From positions 14,139-78,138 of the forward strand of contig DBCM01000070.1 in the NCBI GenBank assembly GCA_002293045.1: DNA of 64,000 bases, read 5' to 3'. Shown here piece by piece: positions 55,122-64,000 of the stretch (positions within the stretch are counted from its first letter, which is position 1; each line of letters starts with the position of its first letter). This DNA is from Flavobacteriales bacterium UBA958. Its GTDB lineage: Bacteria; Bacteroidota; Bacteroidia; Flavobacteriales_D; Crocinitomicaceae. Both the position numbers and the translations under genes were made by a program. The notes below the pieces were generated by a model, which saw only the letters and a list, made by a program, of their open reading frames with translations, ran no database searches and was not told where the DNA came from.

Positions 55122-57593
55122 TTACTCTTTGCAGCAATCTTTCTTCATCTTTCCCCCAATCCACTTGCCATTCTTGTCGTACTGTGCCATGCAGGCATCT
55201 TTTTCTTGCTTGGAACAGCCAATTTCATCGCATTTTTTTGCGCACTCTTCTTTGGTCATTTTTGAACATTCGTTCATGTTGCATTTTCCCATCATTTGAG
55301 TACCTGCTTTACAGTTACCCTCACACTTTCCGGATTGCATGCCTGATTTGCACATGCCAGACTCACTTTGGCATTCCATGCGCATTTTGTTGCCCTGGTT
55401 GTTGTTTTCAGAGCCGGAAGTGCCATTTCCAAGAATTGGAGCAATGACCAATCCAACTAAACATGTTAACTTAATTAAAATGTTCATTGAAGGACCTGAA
55501 GTATCTTTAAACGGATCACCAACGGTATCGCCGGTTACTGCAGCTTTGTGCGCATCAGAACCTTTGAAGGTCATTTCCCCGTTGATTTCAACGCCTGCTT
55601 CAAACGACTTTTTAGCATTATCCCATGCACCCCCTGCGTTATTTTGGAACACCGCCCAAAGTACACCCGATACCGTAACACCAGCCATGTATCCACCAAG
55701 CATCTCAGCGATTAATTGATTATCGTATCCAATTAACATCGGTAAGGTAGCAATCGCAATAGGGAAACCTATGGTTAACACCCCAGGCAACATCATTTCA
55801 CGCAAGGCCGCTTTCGTAGAAATCTCAACGCATTTTCCGTATTCTGGCTTACCTGTTCCTTCCATGATTCCTGGAATTTCCTTGAACTGACGACGCACCT
55901 CATATACCATGTCCATGGCTGCTTTACCTACTGAATTCATTGCTAAGGCGGAGAAAACCACTGGGATCATACCCCCAATAAACAACATGGCTAAAACCGG
56001 AGCTTTGAAAATGTTAATTCCATCAATGCCCGTGAACGTTACGTAAGCAGCAAATAAGGCTAAGGAAGTTAAGGCTGCAGAAGCAATAGCAAAGCCTTTT
56101 CCGGTTGCTGCCGTGGTATTTCCAACTGAATCTAAAATGTCAGTACGTTGACGTACTTCTTTAGGTAATTCACTCATTTCAGCAATTCCACCTGCGTTGT
56201 CTGAGATCGGACCGAATGCGTCAATCGCTAATTGCATTGCTGTTGTGGCCATCATCGCAGATGCAGCCAACGCGACACCGTAGAATCCTGCTAAGGCGTA
56301 TGAACCCCAAATAGCACCGGCAAATAACAAGACCGTTGGGAAGGTAGAAATCATCCCAGTAGCTAAACCAGCAATCACGTTTGTACCTGCACCGGTAGCA
56401 GATTTTTGAACGATTTTTAACACGGGCTTAGTACCTAGACCAGTGTAGTATTCAGTTACTGAGGAAATTACTCCCCCAACAACTAAGCCAACGATGGCGG
56501 CAAAGAATACTCGCAGTGAAGAAATGTCTTTAACGCCTTCACCAAAGAAATTCATTTGCATGGTAGATGGAAGCATCCAAATCACTAAACCATAACACGC
56601 GATAGCAGTTAAGGCGATGGAAACCCAGTTTCCTAGGTTCAGTGCACCTTGCACTTGCTTTTCCTTATCGTCGTTGCTTTTAATGCGCACCAATAAGGTT
56701 CCAATGATGGAGAAAATGATTCCAAAACCAGCGATGGCCATTGGCAGCAAAATCGGACCGATACCGCCGAACGCATCTTTAATGCTTCCTCCCATATCCT
56801 GAATCACGTAATTACCAAGCACCATGGCGGCAAGAACAGTAGCCACATACGAACCAAATAAATCCGCCCCCATTCCGGCAACATCCCCAACGTTATCTCC
56901 AACGTTGTCTGCAATGGTGGCAGGGTTACGTGGATCATCTTCAGGAATACCGGCTTCTACTTTACCGACTAAATCCGCACCTACATCCGCTGCTTTTGTA
57001 TAGATACCTCCACCAACACGTGCGAATAATGCAATGGATTCAGCACCTAGGGAGAATCCTGCTAAGGTTTCTAACACCACCGTCATGTCTTCTGCATTCG
57101 TCCATTTGCCTCCCATAAAGAATTGGAAGAAAATGATAAAAAACCCAGTCAATCCTAAGACTGCTAAACCGGCTACTCCAAGTCCCATAACGGTACCACC
57201 GCCAAAGGAAACTTTCAAGGCCTGAGGCAATGAAGTTCTTGCCGCTTGAGTAGTTCGGACGTTTGTTTTAGTGGCAATTTTCATCCCCATGTTTCCAGCC
57301 AATGCTGAAAAAATGGCTCCAAAAACAAAAGCTACAATGATTAATAAATGTGTTTTAACGCCAGGAATAAAGGTAATTCCTGCCAACACAACGCTAGAGA
57401 GCAAAACAAATACTGCAAGCAAACGATATTCTGCCTTAAGAAAGGCAAGTGCACCTTCATAGATGTAGTCTGAAATTTCTTTCATTTTTCCATCCCCTGC
57501 ATCTTGTTTCAATACCCATGCGCGTTTCATTGCCATAAACAGTAACCCAATCAGTGCTAAAACGATTGGTACATAAATCATCATTGACTCCAT
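55122..57593 (-). CDS. hppA: membrane-bound proton/sodium-translocating pyrophosphatase with an unusual Cys/Met/Lys-rich C-terminal extension
   Basis: 823 aa. PPase motifs [58 protein letters not shown]. After the normal end (..VIAPILG) about 100 extra residues follow, carrying 13 Cys. Confidence 0.9.
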   Translation of the reverse strand: MESMMIYVPIVLALIGLLFMAMKRAWVLKQDAGDGKMKEISDYIYEGALAFLKAEYRLLAVFVLLSSVVLAGITFIPGVKTHLLIIVAFVFGAIFSALAGNMGMKIATKTNVRTTQAARTSLPQALKVSFGGGTVMGLGVAGLAVLGLTGFFIIFFQFFMGGKWTNAEDMTVVLETLAGFSLGAESIALFARVGGGIYTKAADVGADLVGKVEAGIPEDDPRNPATIADNVGDNVGDVAGMGADLFGSYVATVLAAMVLGNYVIQDMGGSIKDAFGGIGPILLPMAIAGFGIIFSIIGTLLVRIKSNDDKEKQVQGALNLGNWVSIALTAIACYGLVIWMLPSTMQMNFFGEGVKDISSLRVFFAAIVGLVVGGVISSVTEYYTGLGTKPVLKIVQKSATGAGTNVIAGLATGMISTFPTVLLFAGAIWGSYALAGFYGVALAASAMMATTAMQLAIDAFGPISDNAGGIAEMSELPKEVRQRTDILDSVGNTTAATGKGFAIASAALTSLALFAAYVTFTGIDGINIFKAPVLAMLFIGGMIPVVFSALAMNSVGKAAMDMVYEVRRQFKEIPGIMEGTGKPEYGKCVEISTKAALREMMLPGVLTIGFPIAIATLPMLIGYDNQLIAEMLGGYMAGVTVSGVLWAVFQNNAGGAWDNAKKSFEAGVEINGEMTFKGSDAHKAAVTGDTVGDPFKDTSGPSMNILIKLTCLVGLVIAPILGNGTSGSENNNQGNKMRMECQSESGMCKSGMQSGKCEGNCKAGTQMMGKCNMNECSKMTKEECAKKCDEIGCSKQEKDACMAQYDKNGKWIGGKMKKDCCKE

Positions 57594-57689
57594 TTCTTTA
57601 GTAATTAATTTTCAAAAATTTTCGACGGCAAAAGTAGCGTATTTCGCCAAGGTTTGCAAGTACGGACAAAACGAAAATAAGGTTACGTA

Positions 57690-58655
57690 TTAGTCGTTTG
57701 AAATAATATCGAACAATTCATCCAAATTTGGAGAAATAATAACTTCAATCCGTCGGTTTTTGGCTTTATCCGAAGGGTCAACGGGTTGAAATTCACTTCG
57801 ACCGGCCGCAACAATACGCGCTGGATTCATTTTAGAATTGGCTAGCAGTATATCCACGACGGAAGTTGCCCGCAACACTGACAATTCCCAGTTATTTCTT
57901 GGAATAGCGGCACTGGAAAGCTTATCTGTATCCGTATGGCCCTCCACCACAATTTCCAAATCCGTTTCATTTTCTAAGGCTTTACCAATTTGAAGTAGGG
58001 CACTTTTACCATCCGCCTCAACGACAATACTTCCAGATTTAAACAAAAGTTTTGCCTCCATACTCACATAGATTTTCCCATTTTTCTGTTCTACTTTCAA
58101 TCCCTGATTTTCAAAGCCAATGAGGGCATCGGTCACTTTCTTCTTTAAGGTGTTCAAGGCATCTTCTTGACGTTTTAGCAACTCCTCCAATTCATTGACC
58201 CGTTGTTCACGTTCTTCCAAGAGTTTTTGTTTTGCTTTTAATTCTGACTCAAGGCTTACTAAGGCTTCAGATTTCTTTTGCAGTTCGACATTTTTCTGTT
58301 CAAGCTGTTTTTGAAGGACGGAAGCTTCCTTTGCTCCCGTTGATTTATACTTTTCGAATGTTTTAGTGAGTTCATCGAGTTCTTTCATCGACTTACCCAA
58401 CTCACGAGATAGGGTGCGAACGGAAAGGCCCAGTCTCGAGGTGTCTGCTTTCAAGGCGGTCGCTTCCTTTTGCAGTGCATCTACCGTAGATTTAAGCTCC
58501 TTCACCTTGAGTTCATAATCCTGATTGCTTTGTTTCATTTTTTCAAGCTCTTCGGAACAGGCCTTTTGCTGTGCTTCCAAGGCTTTAAACTTTTTTGAGG
58601 AAACACACGCCGAAGCAAGGACAAGCAACACTAAAAACAGAACAGACTTTTTCAT
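57690..58655 (-). CDS. OmpA/MotB-family lipoprotein with long coiled-coil region
   Basis: Start at MKKSVLFLVLLVLASAC (lipobox). Heptad-rich KELKSTVDALQKEATALK.... C-terminal VVEGHTDTD...WELSVLRATSVV...NRRIEV is an OmpA-like domain. Confidence 0.8.
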   Translation of the reverse strand: MKKSVLFLVLLVLASACVSSKKFKALEAQQKACSEELEKMKQSNQDYELKVKELKSTVDALQKEATALKADTSRLGLSVRTLSRELGKSMKELDELTKTFEKYKSTGAKEASVLQKQLEQKNVELQKKSEALVSLESELKAKQKLLEEREQRVNELEELLKRQEDALNTLKKKVTDALIGFENQGLKVEQKNGKIYVSMEAKLLFKSGSIVVEADGKSALLQIGKALENETDLEIVVEGHTDTDKLSSAAIPRNNWELSVLRATSVVDILLANSKMNPARIVAAGRSEFQPVDPSDKAKNRRIEVIISPNLDELFDIISND

Positions 58656-58769
58656 ACCTTGGATTTTTACAAAAATCGAGCTTTCATTCATGTGAAATCC
58701 GCTGAAGTCATTGAGTTTTTAACACTCCTTCTTTAATTGCTTTGTCAATGTGCTTAACTTTGACCACCA

Positions 58770-59303
58770 ATGCCAACGATTATCTTCATTTTTGAACTTC
58801 TTGCCTCCCTGCTTGGAGTAGTGTACATTGTACTTATTGCCAGGAAAAATGCTTTGGGTTGGCTCGTTGGGATCCTTTCTTGTGCCATTTTTGCCGTACT
58901 TTGCTTTGAATCCGAGCTCCATAGTCAAGGAATTATTCAAGTACTGAATGTACTGATGGGCGTTTGGGGTTGGGTGCAGTGGCGAAAGCAGGAGATTCCG
59001 GTGCAATCATATCCTATACTCAGCTATATTTTTTTGGCCGCATTACCTCTGTTTTATATGGGAAGTACGGTCTGTTTCCCCGACATAAATTGGACGCGCC
59101 AACTCGATCAAATTGCATTGGTTTTTTCAATCCTTGCCACCCTATTCACGGTTCGTATGATTCAACAAAATTGGATGCTGTGGTTGGTCGTTAATGGAAT
59201 AACGGCTGTTACCGCCTTTTCGAACGAATTGTATTTCTACGCCAGCTTATCTCTTATTTATTTTGGGGTTTCACTTTACGGAATGTATCAATGGAGAAAA
59301 TAA
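58770..59303 (+). CDS. pnuC: nicotinamide riboside transporter PnuC family
   Basis: 177 aa with about 6 TM. LLGVVYIVLIARKNALGW and the W-rich GVWGWVQWRK, NWMLW and YGMYQWRK motifs are typical of PnuC. Confidence 0.7.
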   Translation: MPTIIFIFELLASLLGVVYIVLIARKNALGWLVGILSCAIFAVLCFESELHSQGIIQVLNVLMGVWGWVQWRKQEIPVQSYPILSYIFLAALPLFYMGSTVCFPDINWTRQLDQIALVFSILATLFTVRMIQQNWMLWLVVNGITAVTAFSNELYFYASLSLIYFGVSLYGMYQWRK

Positions 59304-59797
59304 TTCCACTTAAGTTTCGAATAGCGTTCACTGGCCCTGAATGCAGCGGAAAATCCACGCTGGCACATTGGCTTTCAAATGAGCTCAACCTTCCCCTTGT
59401 TCCAGAATTTGCGCGTACTTATTTAGCAGATAATCCGAGCTATTCGCGTGAAGACTTATACGCCATTGCATCAGGACAATTTACCCAAAATCATCAACAT
59501 GACCGTTGTGTTTGTGACACAGAAATGACTGTTATGCGCATTTGGGAACACGTAAAATACGGAGGGATTTCAACACATATTCAGGACTTAACATCGTCCG
59601 AATCGTACACCTTATTGCTCTTGTGTAAACCCGATTTTCCCTGGGAAGATGATCCCTTGAGGGAACACCCTGAAGCGCGGAACGAGCTCTTCGATTTATA
59701 TGTTCAAGACTTGAAGGCACGACAGGTACCTTACCATATTCTAGCGGGTTCCTTGGAGGAAAGAAAATCACAACTTTTGAAGCTAATTCCTCATTGA
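59291..59797 (+). CDS. AAA/P-loop kinase, NadR-type ribosylnicotinamide kinase-like (kinase domain only)
   Basis: IAFTGPECSGKSTLA P-loop, about 170 aa. Overlaps the pnuC stop by 13 nt. Confidence 0.6.
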   Translation: MEKIIPLKFRIAFTGPECSGKSTLAHWLSNELNLPLVPEFARTYLADNPSYSREDLYAIASGQFTQNHQHDRCVCDTEMTVMRIWEHVKYGGISTHIQDLTSSESYTLLLLCKPDFPWEDDPLREHPEARNELFDLYVQDLKARQVPYHILAGSLEERKSQLLKLIPH

Positions 59798-59802
59798 TTT
59801 GG

Positions 59803-59810
59803 TACCTTTG
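59803..59810 (+). promoter_or_regulatory. -7 promoter box TACCTTTG, 4 nt upstream of the ATG of the SCO gene
   Basis: ggtacctttgtcttATG. Confidence 0.4.
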
Positions 59811-59814
59811 TCTT

Positions 59815-60477
59815 ATGAAACGCCTCGTCTTTATTGCCCTGATTTTGGTCATTGCCATTCCAATTGCATACTTCATGGTTAACCAAGCCAACACCCCTGC
59901 TTTACCCTTTATCAATCCTACCGATGTGCAATCTGAAATGGTTGATTCCAGTGTGCAGAACATTGGCCGAAATCATAAAATCGGTGCGTTTAGGTTGCTT
60001 GATGAACAAAACAAGATGATTACCGATGAGGTAATCGACGGAAAAGTATTTGTGGCGGAATATTTCTTTACAACCTGCGGAAGCATCTGCCCCATTATGA
60101 ATCAGCAAATGCAACGTGTTCAGACCGCATTCGATGGAAATGAGGCGTTTGAAATCTTAAGTTTTACCGTTGACCCTGAAAATGACAAGCCAAAGCAGCT
60201 CTTGGAATATGCTAAAAGCCATGCATATCGTCCCGGACAATGGCACTTTATTACGGGGAGCAAAAAAGACCTTTATTCCCTAGCACGAACCTCGTTTTTT
60301 GTCCTAAAACCAGCGGAAGCAGCGAATCTTGGGGATGCAGGCAGTGACTTTATCCATACCAATAATTTCGTATTGGTTGACCAAGACCGACACATCCGGG
60401 GGTATTACGACGGCACCAATCCGATAGAGGTGGATCAGCTCATCTTGGATATTGAAAAATTACTCAATTCCAAGTAG
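59815..60477 (+). CDS. SCO1/SenC family copper chaperone / thiol-disulfide protein
   Basis: Start at MKRLVFIALILVIAI (membrane anchor). FFTTCGSICP is a CxxxC motif. Thioredoxin-like fold with a conserved downstream His (FIHTNNFVLVD). Confidence 0.8.
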   Translation: MKRLVFIALILVIAIPIAYFMVNQANTPALPFINPTDVQSEMVDSSVQNIGRNHKIGAFRLLDEQNKMITDEVIDGKVFVAEYFFTTCGSICPIMNQQMQRVQTAFDGNEAFEILSFTVDPENDKPKQLLEYAKSHAYRPGQWHFITGSKKDLYSLARTSFFVLKPAEAANLGDAGSDFIHTNNFVLVDQDRHIRGYYDGTNPIEVDQLILDIEKLLNSK

Positions 60478-60506
60478 AAATCCATATTTTTTGGTAATTT
60501 CAGCGA

Positions 60507-63500
60507 GTGAAACGGTATACAACCCTTGCCTTTATTTATCTCATTTCAGCGTTTGCTGTATTTGGTCAATCCTATCAAGGAAATCATACCCAGCAGATCA
60601 AACCTGCAAAAGCTGCGGGCTGCGCCCCACCAACCACAACTTCTTTCCTTGAATTAAACAACGTACGCGCGATGGTGCACACCGCCGGGAATTTATGGCA
60701 AATTCCAGGTCAAAACTTTGCGCAATATGAAGTACCTAAGAATTCAGGAATCATGGCCTTGTTTACTGCCGCCTTGTGGCTTGGTGGAACCGATGTAAAT
60801 AATCAACTTAAACTCGCGGCCCTACGTTATCGGAATGGGCAAGATTATTGGACAGGACCTTTGTCTCAAGTCTTCGCGGAAACCAGTTATGAGGAATGTG
60901 ATAAATACGACCGACACTTCATTAGCTCAAAAGATGAAATACGAGAATTTAATGCCTGGTTTGAGGCGGGACTCGCTGATCAGCAGAACGGTACAAACAC
61001 GCAAGCTGCCCTCTTTCCAAATTATCAAGTACCGGAAATTATTAAAACATGGCCGGCCCATGGGAATGTATCGCTAGGCCAAGACTATTACCTGGCGCCC
61101 TTTTATGACTTTAACGACGACGGCCATTACGACTGGCGTGATGGAGATTATCCCTGGTACGACATAAAGCAAGACAAGCAATGTAACGTCGATCGGGATG
61201 TATCGCTGTATGGGGATAAGAACTTTTGGTGGGTTATGAACGACAAGGGGAATATCCATACTGAAACGGGTGCAGATCCCATTGGAATGGAAATCAGGGC
61301 CCAAGCCTTTGCCTTTGCTTCCAACGATGAAGTAAATAACATGACCTTTTACAACTACGTGCTCATTAACCGAGGCACACAAACCTTATACAACACCTAT
61401 TTTGGGTTTTTTACGGACGGCGCCTTGGGAGATCCATACGATGACTATGTGGGTTGTGATGTCATGCGTGGCTTGGGATACTATTACAATGGGGATAATT
61501 TTGATGGGGACAACTCGGGGTATAAAGGCTATGGCTATTCTCCACCCGCGGTGGGGGTAGACTTCTTTGAAGGACCCTATCAAGACGATGACGGAATCGA
61601 TAATGCCTATGGCATTGGATTGAACGAGGCGTTGAATGGGATTGGTTATGGAGATGGAATCATAGACAACGAACGCTTCGGAATGCGCAGGTTCTTGTAT
61701 TATTCAAATACAACGAACGGGGCAAACATCAATCAAACTGACCCCATTGCCTCCTCGGATTACTACAACTATTTGAGGGGCTATTGGAAAGATGGAACCA
61801 AGTTCGTGTATGGTGGAAGTGGTCATATCTCTGACCCTGAAGCCGATCCAAATACCCCCTGTGATTTTATGTTCCCTGGAACCTCTGATTTTATGGGCTG
61901 GGGAACGGGAGGTATTGTTAAACCAAATTGGACGGAACAAACGGCCAATAACACACCGAATGATCGTAGATTTGTAGAGAGCGCGGGACCCTTCTTGCTT
62001 AAACCCGGAGCAGTTAACAACATTACGGTGGGGGTTGTTTGGGCTCGTTCCAACGGTGGAGACCCCTTTACCTCGGTGGAATCTTTGCGTCGTGCAGACG
62101 ATAAAGCTCAGGCCTTATTCGAAAATTGTTTTAAAGTGATGGATGCCCCGCATGCACCCAACTTAGAAATTCAAGAATTGAATAATGAACTCATTCTTTA
62201 CTTGTCAAACCCGATTAACTCGAACAACTATCAAGAAAAATATCAGGAAAACGACCCCTTCATTGTCTCATCAAATCCCAACGCCGATAAAACGTTTCGG
62301 TTCCAAGGGTATCAAATTTTCCAATTAGCGAGTAATCAAGTAGCGCTTTCTGATTTGAGTAATCCCTTAAAATCAAGGTTGGTTGCTCAATGTGACATCA
62401 AGGACAATGTTTCTCGGATTATCAATTTTGAGTTTGATGAAGAACTAGGGTTTAGTGTTCCTAAAGAGCGGGTTAATGGTGAAAACAAGGGAATTCGGCA
62501 CAGCTTCCGGGTAACGAACGATTTATTCGCGCAAGGGCAATCGAAGTTGGTGAATTTCAAGAAATATTACTACATGGCGGTTTCTTATGCCTACAACAAC
62601 TACGAAACCTACAATCCGAATGATCCCTTGAGTCTGAACGGACAAAAAATGCCCTACATCGCCAGTAGAAAAAGTGCCATGGGTGAAGTGAAGGTTATGG
62701 AAGGGGTACCGCATAATCCAATGCCTGAAGCCGATGGTACCTATCAACAAATAAGCTATGGGTCTACGCCCAGAATTACACGCCTCGATGGGTACGGTAA
62801 CGGGAATCGATCCTTGGAATTTACAGAGGCTACCTTGAATACTATTTTGAATACTGGGTTTATGGAGGATCCCGAGTATGATTATGGACAAGGTCCGGTG
62901 AACATCAAAGTAGTGGACCCCTTAAACCTAAAAAGTGGATATTTTGAGTGTCGTTTTAGAAATTATACCCCTACCTCACCGGGTAATGCGGCCGATACCG
63001 CCCGTTGGGTGATTTATCGCTACGATAGCAAAGGTGGGACGATACAAGATTCTGTAAGTTCAGAGCTTACCATTGCCGGCGACAACGAGCAAATCATACC
63101 GGCATGGGGTATATCGGTTCAAATCCACCAAGAAACCTATTATTTCCCTTCAGGATCTGGCAACATTACAGCGAAAAGCACCAACATGATTGAGTCTTCA
63201 ATGACTTTTGCGGACTCGTCTAAACGCTGGCTTACCGGAATCAAAGACAACGATGCATTTTTTCCCACCAACTGGATCCGCTCGGGAGAATATATTCCGG
63301 TGACCGATATAAACAATGCCGCTTACGATTGTAATCCCAATGTCCCTCCCTATTTGAATCCATGTAATTACCCAGATGAAAGCGGAGTCGATCCTAATCA
63401 AAATTACGAAGGTGTCTTGGAAGGAATTATTGCTCCGCACCGATTAACCGGATATGAAGCCGATTATATGCCCTTGGCGTATTGTGGAACCTTCAGTGGG

Positions 63501-64000
63501 TCATCCCGTCAAAATGCATCGATTTCATTCTTACCGAGTGTGAACATTGTAATCACCAGCGATAAGAGCAAGTGGACACGTTGTCCGGTAGTTGAATTGG
63601 GCCGTACCGCTGGGTTAAATGTGGGTGCGGCTGTTCCTGGGGGGTTGAGAAAAAGCCCAAGTGTAGATAAGAATGGAAATGCCGATGGTACAGGTACTGG
63701 AATGGGATGGTTCCCAGGCTATGCGGTAGATTTGGAATCAGGTGCGCGTTTGTACATGGCCTTTGGAGAGAATTCGTTCCTTGGCGGTGAAAACGGTGCG
63801 GATATGGTTTGGAATCCGACTTCAAGCTTTGTGAGTAGCGTTGGAATCCCATTGATGGGAGGCATGCATCCAATCTATGTATTTAGTTACCACCAAAAGT
63901 CAATTAACGCATTCAACTCAAGTTTTGATTTTCCCGCCTACACTCCGGGATTTTCTGAAGATAACGCAAACAATATCGCCTATCAAAAGTATTTAGAAGT
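60507..64000 (+). CDS. second giant paralog of the 40262-44422 protein (5-prime complete, 3-prime truncated by the window edge); absent from the ORF track
   Basis: Hand translation from GTG 60507 gives signal peptide (M)KRYTTLAFIYLISAFAVFGQ. It continues KPAKAAGCAPPTTTSFLELNNVRAMVHTAGNLWQ..YEVPKNSGIMALFTAALWLGGTDVNNQLKLAALRYRNGQDYWTGP..., and the frame is still open at 64000 (...DNANNIAYQKYLEV). It is collinear with the 1396-aa protein. Only short antisense ORFs are listed here in the track. Confidence 0.85.
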   Translation, partial: MKRYTTLAFIYLISAFAVFGQSYQGNHTQQIKPAKAAGCAPPTTTSFLELNNVRAMVHTAGNLWQIPGQNFAQYEVPKNSGIMALFTAALWLGGTDVNNQLKLAALRYRNGQDYWTGPLSQVFAETSYEECDKYDRHFISSKDEIREFNAWFEAGLADQQNGTNTQAALFPNYQVPEIIKTWPAHGNVSLGQDYYLAPFYDFNDDGHYDWRDGDYPWYDIKQDKQCNVDRDVSLYGDKNFWWVMNDKGNIHTETGADPIGMEIRAQAFAFASNDEVNNMTFYNYVLINRGTQTLYNTYFGFFTDGALGDPYDDYVGCDVMRGLGYYYNGDNFDGDNSGYKGYGYSPPAVGVDFFEGPYQDDDGIDNAYGIGLNEALNGIGYGDGIIDNERFGMRRFLYYSNTTNGANINQTDPIASSDYYNYLRGYWKDGTKFVYGGSGHISDPEADPNTPCDFMFPGTSDFMGWGTGGIVKPNWTEQTANNTPNDRRFVESAGPFLLKPGAVNNITVGVVWARSNGGDPFTSVESLRRADDKAQALFENCFKVMDAPHAPNLEIQELNNELILYLSNPINSNNYQEKYQENDPFIVSSNPNADKTFRFQGYQIFQLASNQVALSDLSNPLKSRLVAQCDIKDNVSRIINFEFDEELGFSVPKERVNGENKGIRHSFRVTNDLFAQGQSKLVNFKKYYYMAVSYAYNNYETYNPNDPLSLNGQKMPYIASRKSAMGEVKVMEGVPHNPMPEADGTYQQISYGSTPRITRLDGYGNGNRSLEFTEATLNTILNTGFMEDPEYDYGQGPVNIKVVDPLNLKSGYFECRFRNYTPTSPGNAADTARWVIYRYDSKGGTIQDSVSSELTIAGDNEQIIPAWGISVQIHQETYYFPSGSGNITAKSTNMIESSMTFADSSKRWLTGIKDNDAFFPTNWIRSGEYIPVTDINNAAYDCNPNVPPYLNPCNYPDESGVDPNQNYEGVLEGIIAPHRLTGYEADYMPLAYCGTFSGSSRQNASISFLPSVNIVITSDKSKWTRCPVVELGRTAGLNVGAAVPGGLRKSPSVDKNGNADGTGTGMGWFPGYAVDLESGARLYMAFGENSFLGGENGADMVWNPTSSFVSSVGIPLMGGMHPIYVFSYHQKSINAFNSSFDFPAYTPGFSEDNANNIAYQKYLE

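Noticed and set aside
55380-55680. While hand-translating, I found apparent compensating 1-nt frame discrepancies relative to the ORF track: an extra base at about 55380/55381 and a missing base at about 55680/55681 in hppA. A similar pair occurs at about 18360/18361 and 18540/18541.
   Set aside because: All four fall exactly on 60-nt line boundaries of the listing and cancel out in pairs. The conserved PPase motifs are contiguous in the track translation. I treat these as reading or formatting offsets, not biological frameshifts. As a consequence, my hand-located coordinates inside such blocks may be off by 1 nt.

Overview
This is a 64-kb chromosomal segment that looks like Bacteroidota, probably Flavobacteriia-like. 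Three things support that: (1) several type IX secretion (T9SS) C-terminal sorting domains of both type A and type B, a PorP/SprF gene and a PorV/PorQ-like gene; (2) repeated TAnnTTTG -7 promoter boxes; (3) a bacterial GGGP-synthase homolog. I call about 50 CDS, one tRNA-Arg(CCU) and no rRNA, CRISPR array or obvious transposase. Most of the window is housekeeping or metabolic: mtnA-metK; a split phenylacetate (paa) catabolic set with paaABCD, two tandem paaE-like genes and paaG/H-like genes; an MbnP/MbnH-like pair; an AddA/UvrD-like helicase-nuclease; greA; nadC; pnuC plus an NR-kinase-like gene; hppA; a LytS/LytTR two-component pair; and a Cys/Met PLP enzyme. The stretches most worth a second look are these. 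(a) At the AT-rich left edge, a translationally coupled pair: a small 3-TM protein and a DUF1863/ThsB-like TIR protein. It is a candidate minimal, unclassified anti-phage module. (b) A three-gene outer-membrane operon: a 1265-aa TonB-dependent-receptor-like barrel, a 1386-1396-aa secreted protein with a T9SS-type C-terminal domain, and a PorV/PorQ-like barrel. The giant protein has a second inverted paralog that the ORF track misses because it runs off the right edge (60507 to beyond 64000), and a short 521-aa relative at 3427-4992. (c) Two 79-bp tandem units directly upstream of the tRNA, each a 5-prime tRNA fragment split by a double-hairpin insert. (d) A structured intergenic repeat family flanking the 521-aa gene. 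(e) An H+/Na+ pyrophosphatase with a roughly 100-aa Cys/Met/Lys-rich C-terminal tail. Coordinates of hand-located small features (repeats, hairpins, promoter boxes, tRNA ends) are approximate to about +/-2 nt. CDS coordinates follow the supplied ORF track, with start codons moved only where stated. No database search or computation was possible, so all family assignments rest on motif recognition.
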